A DNA stretch of 64,000 nt from Candidatus Sumerlaeia bacterium. GTDB lineage: Bacteria; Sumerlaeota; Sumerlaeia; SLMS01; JANRJK01. The notes below the pieces were generated by a model. It saw only the letters and a list, made by a program, of their open reading frames with translations, had not been told where the DNA came from and did not search any database. Within the stretch, counting starts at the first letter, position 1. Each line of letters begins with the position of its first letter. A program made the position numbers and the translations under genes. Location: positions 1 to 64,000 of the forward strand of contig JANRJK010000038.1 of assembly GCA_033764015.1 (NCBI GenBank). Direction: 5' to 3'. Below are positions 50,312 through 60,500 of the stretch, piece by piece.

Positions 50312-52834
50312 ATGGAGAAACACCCCATGCCGCAAGCCCTTCGCAGGATCCTCCGGGGCGCCGCCGCGCTGGGAGCCTTCGCGCTCCTCAGCGCCGCCGC
50401 GTCCGCAGATCCCTTCAGCCCCCCCTATCCGCCCCCCACCGGCTACTACGACACAATCCTGCCCGGCGACAACGGCGACGCGATGAAGGCCAAGCTGAAC
50501 ACCATCATCACGGGCCACACGGTCCGCTCATACAATGCCGCGCGCGACATCCTCATCAATGACGTCGACAATGTGGGCAGCGGCAACGTGAAGCTGGTGT
50601 ACACCTCGATTCTGGCCACGCCGGCCCAGTGGAACGTCGTGTACGACCGCGAGCACACCTGGCCCCAGTCCCGCGGCGCCGGCTCCTCACCGATGGAGTC
50701 GGACATGCACCACCTCATCCTCTGCACCAAGTCGCTCAACAGCGCCCGCGGCAACGACGTCTATGGCGACGTGGGCAGCACCGGCACCGTTTATCCGGGC
50801 GTCACCGCCAACGACACCAGCTACAGCGTCGGCGAAGTCTTCCAGGTCTCGAACAATTGGAAGGGCGACGTGGCCCGCATGATGTTCTACATGGACACGC
50901 GCTATCCGCAGCTCCAGCTCGTCACGCGCACCGACTACCCCGACCCGGGTTCGTTCCCCTCGAACACGATGGGCTACCTCGAGGACCTGCTCCGCTGGCA
51001 CACCGAAGATCCCGTGGACACGGCCGAGTTGCGCCGCCACTCGCGGGTTTACTTCTACCAAGACAACCGCAATCCCTACATCGACAACCCGTCCTACGTC
51101 GCCCGCGTCTATGGCGGCACTGTCGCCTCGGCGCCGCAGATCACCGACCTCACCGTCACGCCCTCCGTCGTGTACCCGGGCGACAACGTGACCGTGACCG
51201 TGAACGTTACCGATCCGAACACGCCGCTGACGGTGACGCTCTACTACCGCTACGGCACCTCGGGTCCGTTCTCGACGCTCTCGATGGCCGCCGGCGCCGG
51301 GGACAGCTTCAGCACCACCTCGAGCCTGCTCGCGCCGGTGGCGGGCACCATCGTCCAGTACTACATCCAGGCCACCGACGCCTCGCCCGAGAGCGCCACG
51401 CTCCCGGCGGACGGCGCAGCCGCCCCGGCGCAATACACCACCGCCAGCGACCTGCCCATCGCGACCGGCCTCACCACGCTGCCGAACAATCCTGACGCGG
51501 ACGACACCGTGCAGATTTCGGTGAATGTTGTGGACAACCTCGGCGCGGGCAATATCACGGCGACCGGTTACTGGCGCCTAGCGGGCGGCGGCTCCTTCAC
51601 GGCGCTGCCGATGACCAACGCCGGCGGAAACGTGTTCACCACCACCGGTTCGATCCCCGCGCAGCCCGCCGGCGTCGCGGTCGAGTACTACATGACCGCG
51701 CAGGACGGCTCGCTCAACACCGTCTCGCTCCCCGCGGGCGGCGCGTCCGCCCCGGCGATCTACATCGTCGAGGAGGCGAACCCCTACATCCAGATCGACG
51801 CGACGAACGCGCGCGGGAAGCTACTGCTCACGGAGATCCAGCACCGGTACTACAACGGCGCCACCAAGGAATTCGCCGAGATCGTCAACTACTCCAGCCA
51901 GGGGTTCATCCTCGATAACCTGCTGATCTCCGATAACGGGATCGGCGGCGACGCCGGCGAAGGAGGGCTCAAGTTCCCCGCCGGCGCCACGATCGACCCC
52001 TACGGCGTCGTGGTCGTCATCACTCGCGACGAAGTAGTCCAGACTGAGATCGATCCGATCCCGACCGCCTCGAGCATCAACGGCTCGCCGGTGAAGGTGT
52101 TCTCGAACGCGCTGACCACGCGCACATTCAATGGCGTGGTGCTGCCCCAGATGCGCGTCATCGGCGGGAACAACCCCGAGTTCGCCTCAGGCGGCGACCA
52201 GGTCGTCATCGCCTACCAGCCCGCCGACATCGAGACCTACAACCTGGCCGACGTGATCGACGGTGCTGGTTACGGGTCGCCCACGGGGGGCGACGTGACC
52301 GCTTGGTCTTGGGCGGTCTCCAACACCTCGAACGTCGCCGCCACTAGCGGCACCGCGGATGGCATAGCTCGCCAATCGCCAACCGACACCGACTCCGCTG
52401 CGGACTGGGCGATCACACCGCTCAACACGAGCACCACCTCGACCAACTCGACGCCCGGCGCGCTCCCGGCGAGCTTCCTGCTCCCCGAGATCGCCCTCGT
52501 CCTCAGCGGCACCAACATCCCGATCAACGAGGGCGGCACGGCGACGCTGAACGTGCGGCTCGCCGCCGCGCCCACGCAGACGCTCACGGTGCGCGTGGCG
52601 CGCGTCAGCTCCGGCGCGCGCGCGGAGACGTTCCTGGTCCAGAGCGGCGCGCTGCTCTCCTTCACCACCACCGACTGGAACGTCGACAAGACGGTGACGT
52701 TCGAGAAGCTCACGGACGCCGACACGGACAACGACGCAGCGACCTTCGCCGTCTACGGCGATTTCGTGACCGACGCGGACGTGACGGTGACTGAGACGGA
52801 CGTTCTCTCCGTTGCGGATTGGCGCCTGTTCTAA
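50312..52834 (+). CDS. Secreted endonuclease I (Bsn-like His-Me nuclease) with Ig-like, lamin-tail-like and Calx-beta-like domains
   Basis: Signal peptide. DREHTWPQS, SDMHHL, NSARGN, KGDVARMMFYMDTRY, WHTEDPV and QDNRNPYID motifs. LLLTEI begins an LTD-like domain. Ends SVADWRLF. Confidence 0.88.
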   Translation: MEKHPMPQALRRILRGAAALGAFALLSAAASADPFSPPYPPPTGYYDTILPGDNGDAMKAKLNTIITGHTVRSYNAARDILINDVDNVGSGNVKLVYTSILATPAQWNVVYDREHTWPQSRGAGSSPMESDMHHLILCTKSLNSARGNDVYGDVGSTGTVYPGVTANDTSYSVGEVFQVSNNWKGDVARMMFYMDTRYPQLQLVTRTDYPDPGSFPSNTMGYLEDLLRWHTEDPVDTAELRRHSRVYFYQDNRNPYIDNPSYVARVYGGTVASAPQITDLTVTPSVVYPGDNVTVTVNVTDPNTPLTVTLYYRYGTSGPFSTLSMAAGAGDSFSTTSSLLAPVAGTIVQYYIQATDASPESATLPADGAAAPAQYTTASDLPIATGLTTLPNNPDADDTVQISVNVVDNLGAGNITATGYWRLAGGGSFTALPMTNAGGNVFTTTGSIPAQPAGVAVEYYMTAQDGSLNTVSLPAGGASAPAIYIVEEANPYIQIDATNARGKLLLTEIQHRYYNGATKEFAEIVNYSSQGFILDNLLISDNGIGGDAGEGGLKFPAGATIDPYGVVVVITRDEVVQTEIDPIPTASSINGSPVKVFSNALTTRTFNGVVLPQMRVIGGNNPEFASGGDQVVIAYQPADIETYNLADVIDGAGYGSPTGGDVTAWSWAVSNTSNVAATSGTADGIARQSPTDTDSAADWAITPLNTSTTSTNSTPGALPASFLLPEIALVLSGTNIPINEGGTATLNVRLAAAPTQTLTVRVARVSSGARAETFLVQSGALLSFTTTDWNVDKTVTFEKLTDADTDNDAATFAVYGDFVTDADVTVTETDVLSVADWRLF

Positions 52835-52862
52835 CCCTCGTCCGAGCCGTTCCGCAGTGCCT

Positions 52863-52894
52863 TCGGGGCCCTCTTCGGAGGGCCCCGATTTCTT
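52863..52894 (+). terminator. Intrinsic terminator
   Basis: TCGGGGCCCTC-TTCG-GAGGGCCCCGA followed by TTTCTT. Confidence 0.8.
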
Positions 52895-52990
52895 GCCGGG
52901 CGGGCTGGTAAAATCGTTCACTGCGAGGGATTTCAGGGGTTTGCGGGGCTTGGGGAGGGTTCCTGAGGGCTCGGATTTTTCGCTTGCCGG

Positions 52991-53042
52991 GGTCCATATG
53001 TTGTATCATACCGTCGCGTGTTGCGCTAGCTGTTGTGGATAA
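52991..53042 (+). promoter_or_regulatory. Tandem NrdR-box-like sites and a perfect DnaA box upstream of nrdJ
   Basis: GGTCCATATGTTGTAT (52991-53006) and GCGCTAGCTGTTGTGG (53023-53038) resemble acaCwAtATaTwGtgt and are 32 bp apart. TGTGGATAA (53034-53042) is the reverse complement of TTATCCACA. Confidence 0.6.
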
Positions 53043-53294
53043 GCCGCCTGCCGAGGTGTGGAAGGCTTGCCCCACTGGAGTTAGCCGCGGCGGGCGGGCG
53101 GAACCCACAGGCTTCTCCCCAGTGTTCTCCCCAGAACAGCGTGCCGGACCGGTTGACTTTCGCCAGCCCTTCGCCCACGCTCTCCCCCGCCAACGCCCCC
53201 GCGCCGCCCGTCCCGGCAGCACGCGCAACGCCCCGGCACCACCCCGCCCACCACCAATCCATATCCGTCCGCCCCCGACAGGAGCCCCGTCCCC

Positions 53295-56200
53295 ATGCAG
53301 ATCACCCGCCGCTTCACCAAGGCCGGCCAATCGCCCTACTCCGGCATCCCCTTCGCCGCCCGCGACTCGCGCATCGTCCATCCGGACGGGCGCGTCGCGT
53401 TCGAGCTGAAGGGCTTCCAGGTGCCCGAGCACTGGAGCCAGGTCGCCGCCGACATCCTCGCGCAGAAGTACTTCCGCAAGGCCGGCGTGCCCAAGGAGCG
53501 GACGGCGGTCGCCGAGGAAGGCGTGCCCGAGTGGATCCAGCGGCAGGCGCCGGCCCGCGAGGACGCCCCGACGGGGGGCGAGACCGACTCCCGCGAGGTG
53601 TTCCAGCGCCTGGCGGGCTGCTGGACCTACTGGGGCTGGAAGCACGGCTACTTCGACACGGAGGAGGACGCGCGGGCGTTCCACGACGAGCTTTGCCACA
53701 TGCTCGCGGCGCAGATGACCGCGCCGAACTCCCCCCAGTGGTTCAACACGGGGCTCCACTGGGCCTACGGCATCACCGGCCCGGCGCAGGGCCACAGCTA
53801 CTGCGACCCGAAGACGGGGGAGCTGAAGAAGAGCGCGAACGCCTACGAGCACCCACAGCCGCACGCGTGCTTCATCCAGTCCGTCGAGGACGACCTGGTG
53901 AATCCGGGCGGCATCATGGACCTTTGGGTGCGCGAGGCGCGCGTGTTCAAGTACGGTTCGGGGACCGGAACGAACTTCTCGAAGGTGCGCGGGTCGAACG
54001 AGCCGCTCTCGGGGGGCGGCAAGTCGTCGGGGCTGATGAGCTTCCTGCGGATCGGCGACCGGGCGGCGGGCGCGATCAAGTCCGGCGGCACCACGCGCCG
54101 CGCGGCCAAGATGGTGTGCCTCGACGCGGACCATCCCGATGTCGAGGAGTTCATCGACTGGAAGGTGGTCGAGGAGCAGAAGGTCGCGGCGCTGGTGGCG
54201 GGCTCGAAGCTTTGCAACAAGCACCTGAACGCGATCATGCGCGCGTGCCGCACGGCGCCGTCGTCGATCAAGGACCCGTACTCGGCGAAGGAGAACCCGG
54301 AGCTGCGCAAAGCGGTCGCCGCCGCGCGCGGCGCGCTCGTGTCCGAGAACTACATCGTCCGCGTGGTGCAGCTCGCGCGGGAGGGCTACAGCTCGATCCA
54401 CTTCCCCGAGTACGACACCGACTGGCAGTCGGAGGCGTACGTCACGGTCTCCGGGCAGAACTCGAACAACTCGCTGCGGCTCTCGAACGGGTTCCTGCAG
54501 GCGGTCGAGGCGGACGGCGACTGGGCGCTGCTGAACCGCGGGAACGGCAAGGTCGCGAAGCGGCTGCGGGCGCGCGAGCTGTGGGACAAGATCAGCTTCG
54601 CCGCGTGGTCCTGCGCCGACCCCGGCCTGCAGTACGACACGACGATCAACGAGTGGCACACGTGCCCGGAAAGCGGACGCATCAACGCGAGCAACCCGTG
54701 CTCCGAGTACATGTTCCTCGACGACACCGCGTGCAACCTGGCGTCGCTGAACCTGCTCAAGTTCCGTAGGGAAAACGGCGAGTTCGACATCGCGGCCTAC
54801 GAGCACGCGTGCCGCCTGTGGACCGTGGTGCTGGAGATCAGCGTGTTCATGGCGCAGTTCCCCAGCGAGCGCATCGCGGAGCTGTCGTACCGCTACCGGA
54901 CGCTCGGGCTCGGGTACGCGAACCTCGGCGCGCTGCTGATGGTGGACGGCGTGGCGTACGATTCGCCGCAGGGCCGGGCGATCTGCGGCGCGCTGACCGC
55001 CGTCATGACGGGCGTGGCGTACGCGACGAGCGCCGAGATGGCGCGCGAGCACGGGCCCTTCCCGGGCTTCGAGGCGAACCGCGAGCACATGCTGCGCGTG
55101 ATGCGCAACCACCGGCGCGCCGCGTACAACGCGCAGGAGGGCGAGTACGAGGCGCTGGCGATCAAGCCGCAGCCGATCGACCCGCGGCACTGCCCGGGGA
55201 ACCTGCTCGAGGCGGCGCGCCGCGCCTGGGACCACGCGCTCGAACTCGGCAACCAGCACGGCTACCGCAACGCGCAGTCCACGGTGATCGCGCCGACGGG
55301 GACCATCGGCCTGGTGATGGACTGCGACACGACGGGCATCGAGCCGGACTTCGCGCTGGTGAAGTTCAAGAAGATCGCCGGCGGCGGCTACTTCAAGATC
55401 ATCAACCAGGCGGTGCCGGCGGCGCTGCGCACGCTCGGCTACACGCAGGCGCAGGCGGCGGACATCGTGAACTACTGCCGCGGCTCGCTGACGCTGAAGG
55501 GCGCGCCGCACATCAACCCCGCGGCGCTCCGCCTGAAGGGCTTCACCGAGGAGATGATCGGCGCCGTCGAGGCCTCGCTCCCGGGCGCCTTCGAGGCGGG
55601 CTTCGTCTTCAACAAGTACACGCTCGGCGAGGAGAACTGCCGCAAGCACCTCGGCTTCACCGACGAGCAGCTCAACGACTACAACTTCAACATGCTGTCG
55701 GCGCTGGGCCTCACGGCGGAGCAGATCCGCGAGGCGAACGACGCGGTCTGCGGGCGCATGACGGTGGAGGGCGCGCCGCACCTGCGCCCGGAGCACCTGC
55801 CGGTGTTCGACTGCGCGACGAAGTGCGGGCGCTACGGCACGCGCTTCCTCTCCGTCGACAGCCACATCCGCATGATGGCCGCCGCGCAGCCCTTCGTCTC
55901 CGGCGCCATCAGCAAGACCATCAACATGCCGATGGAGGCCACCGTCGAGGACGTCCGCAACGCGTACATGCTCTCCTGGAAGCTGATGCTGAAGGCGAAC
56001 GCGCTCTACCGCGACTGCTCGAAGCTCTCGCAGCCGCTCAACGCGGTCAGCGAGGACCTCTCGACGGCGGACGACGGCGCGGAATCCGCCGCGCAGCAGC
56101 ACACCGTCGAGAAGGTGGTCGAGAAGATCGTCACGCGCTACGTGTCGAACCGGCGGCACCTGCCGAGCCGCCGCTCGGGCTACACGCAGAAGGCGATCAT

Positions 56201-56945
56201 CGGCGGCCACAAGGTGTTCCTCCGCACCGGGGAGTACGAGGACGGCTCGCTCGGCGAGATCTTCATCGACATGCACAAGGAGGGCGCGGCGTTCCGCTCG
56301 CTGATGAACTGCTTCGCCATCGCGGTGTCGGTGGGGCTGCAGCACGGCGTGCCGCTCGACAAGTTCGTCGAGATGTTCACCTTCACGCGCTTCGAGCCGA
56401 ACGGCGCGGTGATCGGCAACCCGTACATCAAGCGCTCGACGTCGGTGATCGACTACATCTTCCGCGAGCTGGCGATCAGCTACCTCGGGCGCGCGGACCT
56501 TGCGCACGTGTCGCCGGAGGACCTGCGACACGACGCCATGTACCGCGAGAGCGAGTCGGCCGGCGAGGAGGAGGACGCGGACGCCAGCTCGCCCGAGCCC
56601 GAACCCGCGGTCGCCTTCAAGCCGGAGCCGAGCGGGCACCTGGACCCCTTCGCGCTGATGGCGAAGAACGGCAACGGCCACACGAATGGGAACGGCCACA
56701 CGAACGGCAACGGCCACCCGGCGAAGCTGGAGAAGTCCGCCGGTGCGACGGCGCTCGCGGAGCCGGTGCTCGACACGTTCAAGAAGGTGGTGGCCTCGGC
56801 GAAGGCCAGCGCCCGCGAGGTGCAGATCGCCCGGATGAAGGGCTACACCGGCGACCCCTGCCCGAGCTGCCAGTCGCTGACGCTGGTGCGCAACGGCACC
56901 TGCCTCAAGTGCGACACCTGCGGCGCGACGACGGGGTGTAGCTGA
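53295..56945 (+). CDS. nrdJ: Vitamin B12-dependent (class II) ribonucleotide reductase with C-terminal TSCPD-like and zinc-ribbon domains
   Basis: [57 protein letters not shown] and C-terminal CPSC...[11 protein letters not shown]. Confidence 0.96.
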   Translation: MQITRRFTKAGQSPYSGIPFAARDSRIVHPDGRVAFELKGFQVPEHWSQVAADILAQKYFRKAGVPKERTAVAEEGVPEWIQRQAPAREDAPTGGETDSREVFQRLAGCWTYWGWKHGYFDTEEDARAFHDELCHMLAAQMTAPNSPQWFNTGLHWAYGITGPAQGHSYCDPKTGELKKSANAYEHPQPHACFIQSVEDDLVNPGGIMDLWVREARVFKYGSGTGTNFSKVRGSNEPLSGGGKSSGLMSFLRIGDRAAGAIKSGGTTRRAAKMVCLDADHPDVEEFIDWKVVEEQKVAALVAGSKLCNKHLNAIMRACRTAPSSIKDPYSAKENPELRKAVAAARGALVSENYIVRVVQLAREGYSSIHFPEYDTDWQSEAYVTVSGQNSNNSLRLSNGFLQAVEADGDWALLNRGNGKVAKRLRARELWDKISFAAWSCADPGLQYDTTINEWHTCPESGRINASNPCSEYMFLDDTACNLASLNLLKFRRENGEFDIAAYEHACRLWTVVLEISVFMAQFPSERIAELSYRYRTLGLGYANLGALLMVDGVAYDSPQGRAICGALTAVMTGVAYATSAEMAREHGPFPGFEANREHMLRVMRNHRRAAYNAQEGEYEALAIKPQPIDPRHCPGNLLEAARRAWDHALELGNQHGYRNAQSTVIAPTGTIGLVMDCDTTGIEPDFALVKFKKIAGGGYFKIINQAVPAALRTLGYTQAQAADIVNYCRGSLTLKGAPHINPAALRLKGFTEEMIGAVEASLPGAFEAGFVFNKYTLGEENCRKHLGFTDEQLNDYNFNMLSALGLTAEQIREANDAVCGRMTVEGAPHLRPEHLPVFDCATKCGRYGTRFLSVDSHIRMMAAAQPFVSGAISKTINMPMEATVEDVRNAYMLSWKLMLKANALYRDCSKLSQPLNAVSEDLSTADDGAESAAQQHTVEKVVEKIVTRYVSNRRHLPSRRSGYTQKAIIGGHKVFLRTGEYEDGSLGEIFIDMHKEGAAFRSLMNCFAIAVSVGLQHGVPLDKFVEMFTFTRFEPNGAVIGNPYIKRSTSVIDYIFRELAISYLGRADLAHVSPEDLRHDAMYRESESAGEEEDADASSPEPEPAVAFKPEPSGHLDPFALMAKNGNGHTNGNGHTNGNGHPAKLEKSAGATALAEPVLDTFKKVVASAKASAREVQIARMKGYTGDPCPSCQSLTLVRNGTCLKCDTCGATTGCS

Positions 56946-56976
56946 GCGTAGGTCGCGTGTTAGCGATGTGAACTGG

Positions 56977-57008
56977 ACCGGCGGCGGGGCGATCCCGCCG
57001 CCGGTTTG
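56977..57008. terminator. Terminator hairpin between nrdJ and the convergent gene
   Basis: ACCGGCGGCGGG-GCGAT-CCCGCCGCCGGT followed by TT. Confidence 0.7.
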
Positions 57009-57572
57009 CTATTGGCGCAGACGGAACACATCGCCCGCGCTCGGCGCCCCGTTCGTGGGGTCGAATGTGTACGGGACGAGCGCCCGGAAGCCCGCATCGC
57101 CGTTGAGGCGCCCAGCAAGGAGGTCTCCGTAGTCCACCGACTCGAAGCGGCGGTCGGGCCCGGGGCTGATGAGAAGCCAGCCCGAATCGTCCGCGACGTA
57201 GGCGAAGCTGGGGCGGTCCTTTTCGCTCTCCTCCGAGGCGAAGGGATCGGCGAACCGCACCAGAAGGTGATTGCGCGGACCGACGAGGGCGCTCCACGGC
57301 TCGCCCCGCGGGCCGCCGACGGTGGTGAGGCGTTCGTGGCCGAGATCTCTTGGGGCGTACCCCGCGGGAAACTGACGGCGGTAGGGGGTCATCGGCGGAT
57401 AGGAGCCGTGATCCGCCGCGTACGACTCGAGCGCGGTGGCGATGCTGCGCATGTTCGAACGGATCGGGGAGACGCGCGGTCCCGGGCCCTCCTCGCGCAC
57501 CAGGAAGAACAAGAAGACGCCTAGCGACAGCGCCGCAGCGACGCCCACCCATCCGGGAGTATTGCCGCCCAC
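57009..57572 (-). CDS. Pseudopilin (GspG)-like membrane-anchored protein with C-terminal DPTNG motif (187 aa)
   Basis: AGGAGGAGG RBS and GTG at 57572. Transmembrane helix, then RSNMRSIATALESYAADHGSYP, DPF, WLLISPGPD and FDPTNGAPSAGDV. Confidence 0.72.
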   Translation of the reverse strand: MGGNTPGWVGVAAALSLGVFLFFLVREEGPGPRVSPIRSNMRSIATALESYAADHGSYPPMTPYRRQFPAGYAPRDLGHERLTTVGGPRGEPWSALVGPRNHLLVRFADPFASEESEKDRPSFAYVADDSGWLLISPGPDRRFESVDYGDLLAGRLNGDAGFRALVPYTFDPTNGAPSAGDVFRLRQ

Positions 57573-57582
57573 GACCCTCCTC

Positions 57583-60500
57583 CTACTCGAACAGCGGATC
57601 GAAGAAGCGTCCGCCGCGGAATTCGGTGGCGCGGACTTCCTCGGCGAGGGGGGCGGCTTCGGCTTCGCGGCCAAGGCGGAGCAGGAGGACGGCGCGGGTG
57701 GCCTTGGCGGCGATGTTGTCGTTGCGGCCCTGGCGGGGCTGGAAGGCGGCGAGCATCGCCTCGAGCGCGGCGCGGGTGCGCTCCGGGTCGCCGGTGGCCT
57801 GCGCAAGGTCGAGCTCCGCATGGCGGAGCGCGCGGTCGAGGAGGAGGCGTCGCTCTTCGGGTTCGTCGCGCCAGGGGCGGAGCGCCGCGGCTTCGTCGAT
57901 CAGGGCGCTGGCTTCGTCCAGGCGGGCGAGCTTCGAGAGTGCTTGCGCCTTGGCGAGGAGCCCCTCGACGCGCCCCCGGACGGCGCCGTCGAGCCCGGCC
58001 TCGATGCCGGGGGCGAGGGCGTCGAGGGAGGCGTCGAGGGCGGCGATCGCTTCGTCGTGCCGATCGAGTCCCGAGAGCACGCCCGCCTTGGCGCGCAGCA
58101 CTGTGGCAAACCTGCTGGCGGTAGACGGCGCAGCCAGTTCGGAAGGCGATAGGGAGCGCATGGTGCTTTCCGCCTGCTCGATCAAGGCGAGTGCCCGTTC
58201 AGGATCCCCCGCCTCCGCCGCCAGCGTGGAGAGGCACTGCAAGGCGACGACGACTTCTATCTTGTGGAAGTCGCTAAATGGCTCCGCGGCGGAGAGTTCG
58301 GAGGCGATGCGGAGCGAGTCCTCCGCGTTGGCGCGGGAGTCCGCGATCCGCCCGAAGTGCTGAAAGCCGCGCGAATCGAGGATCGCGAGTTGCGACTCGA
58401 GGATGCGGTCGCTGACCGAAGGCTGGGTGTCCAGCGCGCGGCTTTCGTGGATTTGGGCCGCCAAGTCCAGCGCCAACCGCGCATCGGCTAGTGCGTCGGC
58501 GGCGTAGGCGACCCGGAGCACGACGGTGTCGACGGAGTGCCGGTCGTCCTGGGAGTCCGCGGAGAGGCGCGAACGCTGGCGGTCGGCCGCCGCAAGGGAG
58601 GTCTCGAGCACCTCGCGCGCCTCCGTTTCTCGCCCCGCCCCCGCGAGAATCCGGGTCGCCGCCGCGCCCGCGGAGGCAATGGACTCCGCGATCCGGAAGG
58701 CGGTGGGATCGCGCGCCTCGACGGACTTGGCGACCTCCATCGCCTCGCGGAGCGCTGCCAGGGCCGACTCGCGGTCGCCGATGGAATCGAGCAGCGAGCC
58801 TTGGTCGGCGAGCGCGCGCGCGAGCGACGAAGCTGCCACGACGCGACTGGGGTCGAGCGCCAGAAGGGCTCGCTGCGTCTCGACGGCCCGGGCGCCGACA
58901 TCGGCCGCCTCGCGAACGCGCCCCACTCCCCGCAACGATGTCGCGTAGTTGATGCAAACCGACCCCAGGGTTTCCAGCGCGGCACGGGAATTGGGTTCGG
59001 CGGCGAGCGCCTCCTCGGCGGCTTCACAGATGGCGCCCTGAACCTCGATCGCCTCGTCCCTCCGGTCTGCCAAGCCGAGGAGGCCGGCGTGCCAACTGCG
59101 GGCGACGATCCTGTTCTGGCGCAACTCCTTGTCCTCGGGGAACCGGGCGGCCACTTCGTCGGCGATGCGGACGGCCCGTTCGCCGGCTTCGACGCCGAGC
59201 GCGAACTCGCTGGCGGCGCGGTGCACCGCGACAATGCGGACGGCGGCCAGCGCCACGGAGCGGGCGGCGCCGACGCGCTCCGGCGCGACGGACATGAAGG
59301 TGTCGGCGATCGCCCGCTGGCGTTCCGAAAACGCCCTCGCTTCGTCGATGCGCCCGAGCGCGAGCGCGAGATTGACGCTATTGTTCAGGATGCCCCCGAT
59401 GACCGCGAGCGACTCGACATTTCCCGGGTCCCGGGCGAGCAACTGGTCGGCGACGGCGAGGGCGCTTGCGTAGGACTCGGCGGCGCCGGGGCGGTCGCCC
59501 GCCTGCCCTTGGAGGATCGCGAGCAGGGATAGAGTGTCCGCGAGGTTGCGCATGTTCGCCACATCCGCCGGGCGGAGTTCGTTGGCGCGGCGGTAGAGGG
59601 CGACGGAGGCCATCGCGTCCTCGACGCCTCGGGCCGTGGTCCCGGAGGCGCGCTCCCAAGCGGCAGTCGTGTTGAACGCGGCGGCGGCGGCGGAAATCGC
59701 GTAGGGCTCGCCCAGCGCGGCCACTTCCTGCGCCCGCGCGCGGACGCGCTCCGCCAGTTCCGCGCCTTCGGCGGGGTCGGGGATACGGGTCATGTAGAGG
59801 AGTTGACGATGGAGGAGGCTGAGCAGGTGGCCCTCGCGGAGCTGGCTGGCACCCGCCGCGCGGATGGCCTCCTCGGAGGCGGCGACCGAGCGCTTCGCGG
59901 TCGCGATGGCGGCTGCGTGATCGCCCGCCTCGTTGAGCAGCCGGGCCCACTCGCCGAGCACCTCGGCGTAGTTGTCGAGGACATCCCCGTCGCTGGGCTC
60001 GTCGCGGACCACGTCCTCGTACAGGTCCGCGCAAGCCCGCATCGTCGCCGTCGCCGCGGGCAGGTCGCCGCGCGAGCTTTGGAACAGGCCGCGCTGGAGG
60101 AGGAAGCCCGCGCGGCGCTTGCGCCAACCCACCTCCGCCGCGACATCCGCCGGCAACGCGTCGAACAGCCCGCCAAGCGTCCGCGATGCGACCTCCTGCG
60201 TCTCGGGGTTGCCGCGAGTTCGCGAAGCGTTCATCACGGCGATCAATCCCTCGATCGGCGCCTTCCACTCCTCCACGGGCAGCTCGGCGAACGGGACCGA
60301 GGTGTAATAGCCAAGCGCGCGCTCGACCGCGGGATCGAGCAGTTCGAGGCGGTTCAGCTCCGCGAGCCGCTTCGTCATGTCTTCGAGGACGAACCGCGCG
60401 AACTCGTCGGATTTGCCGCGGGCTTCGCGGGCAAGGTCGCGCTGGGCCTCGGCGGCGGCGCGCTGTCCGGCTTCCGCGTCGCGCGAGCGGGAGAGCTGGT

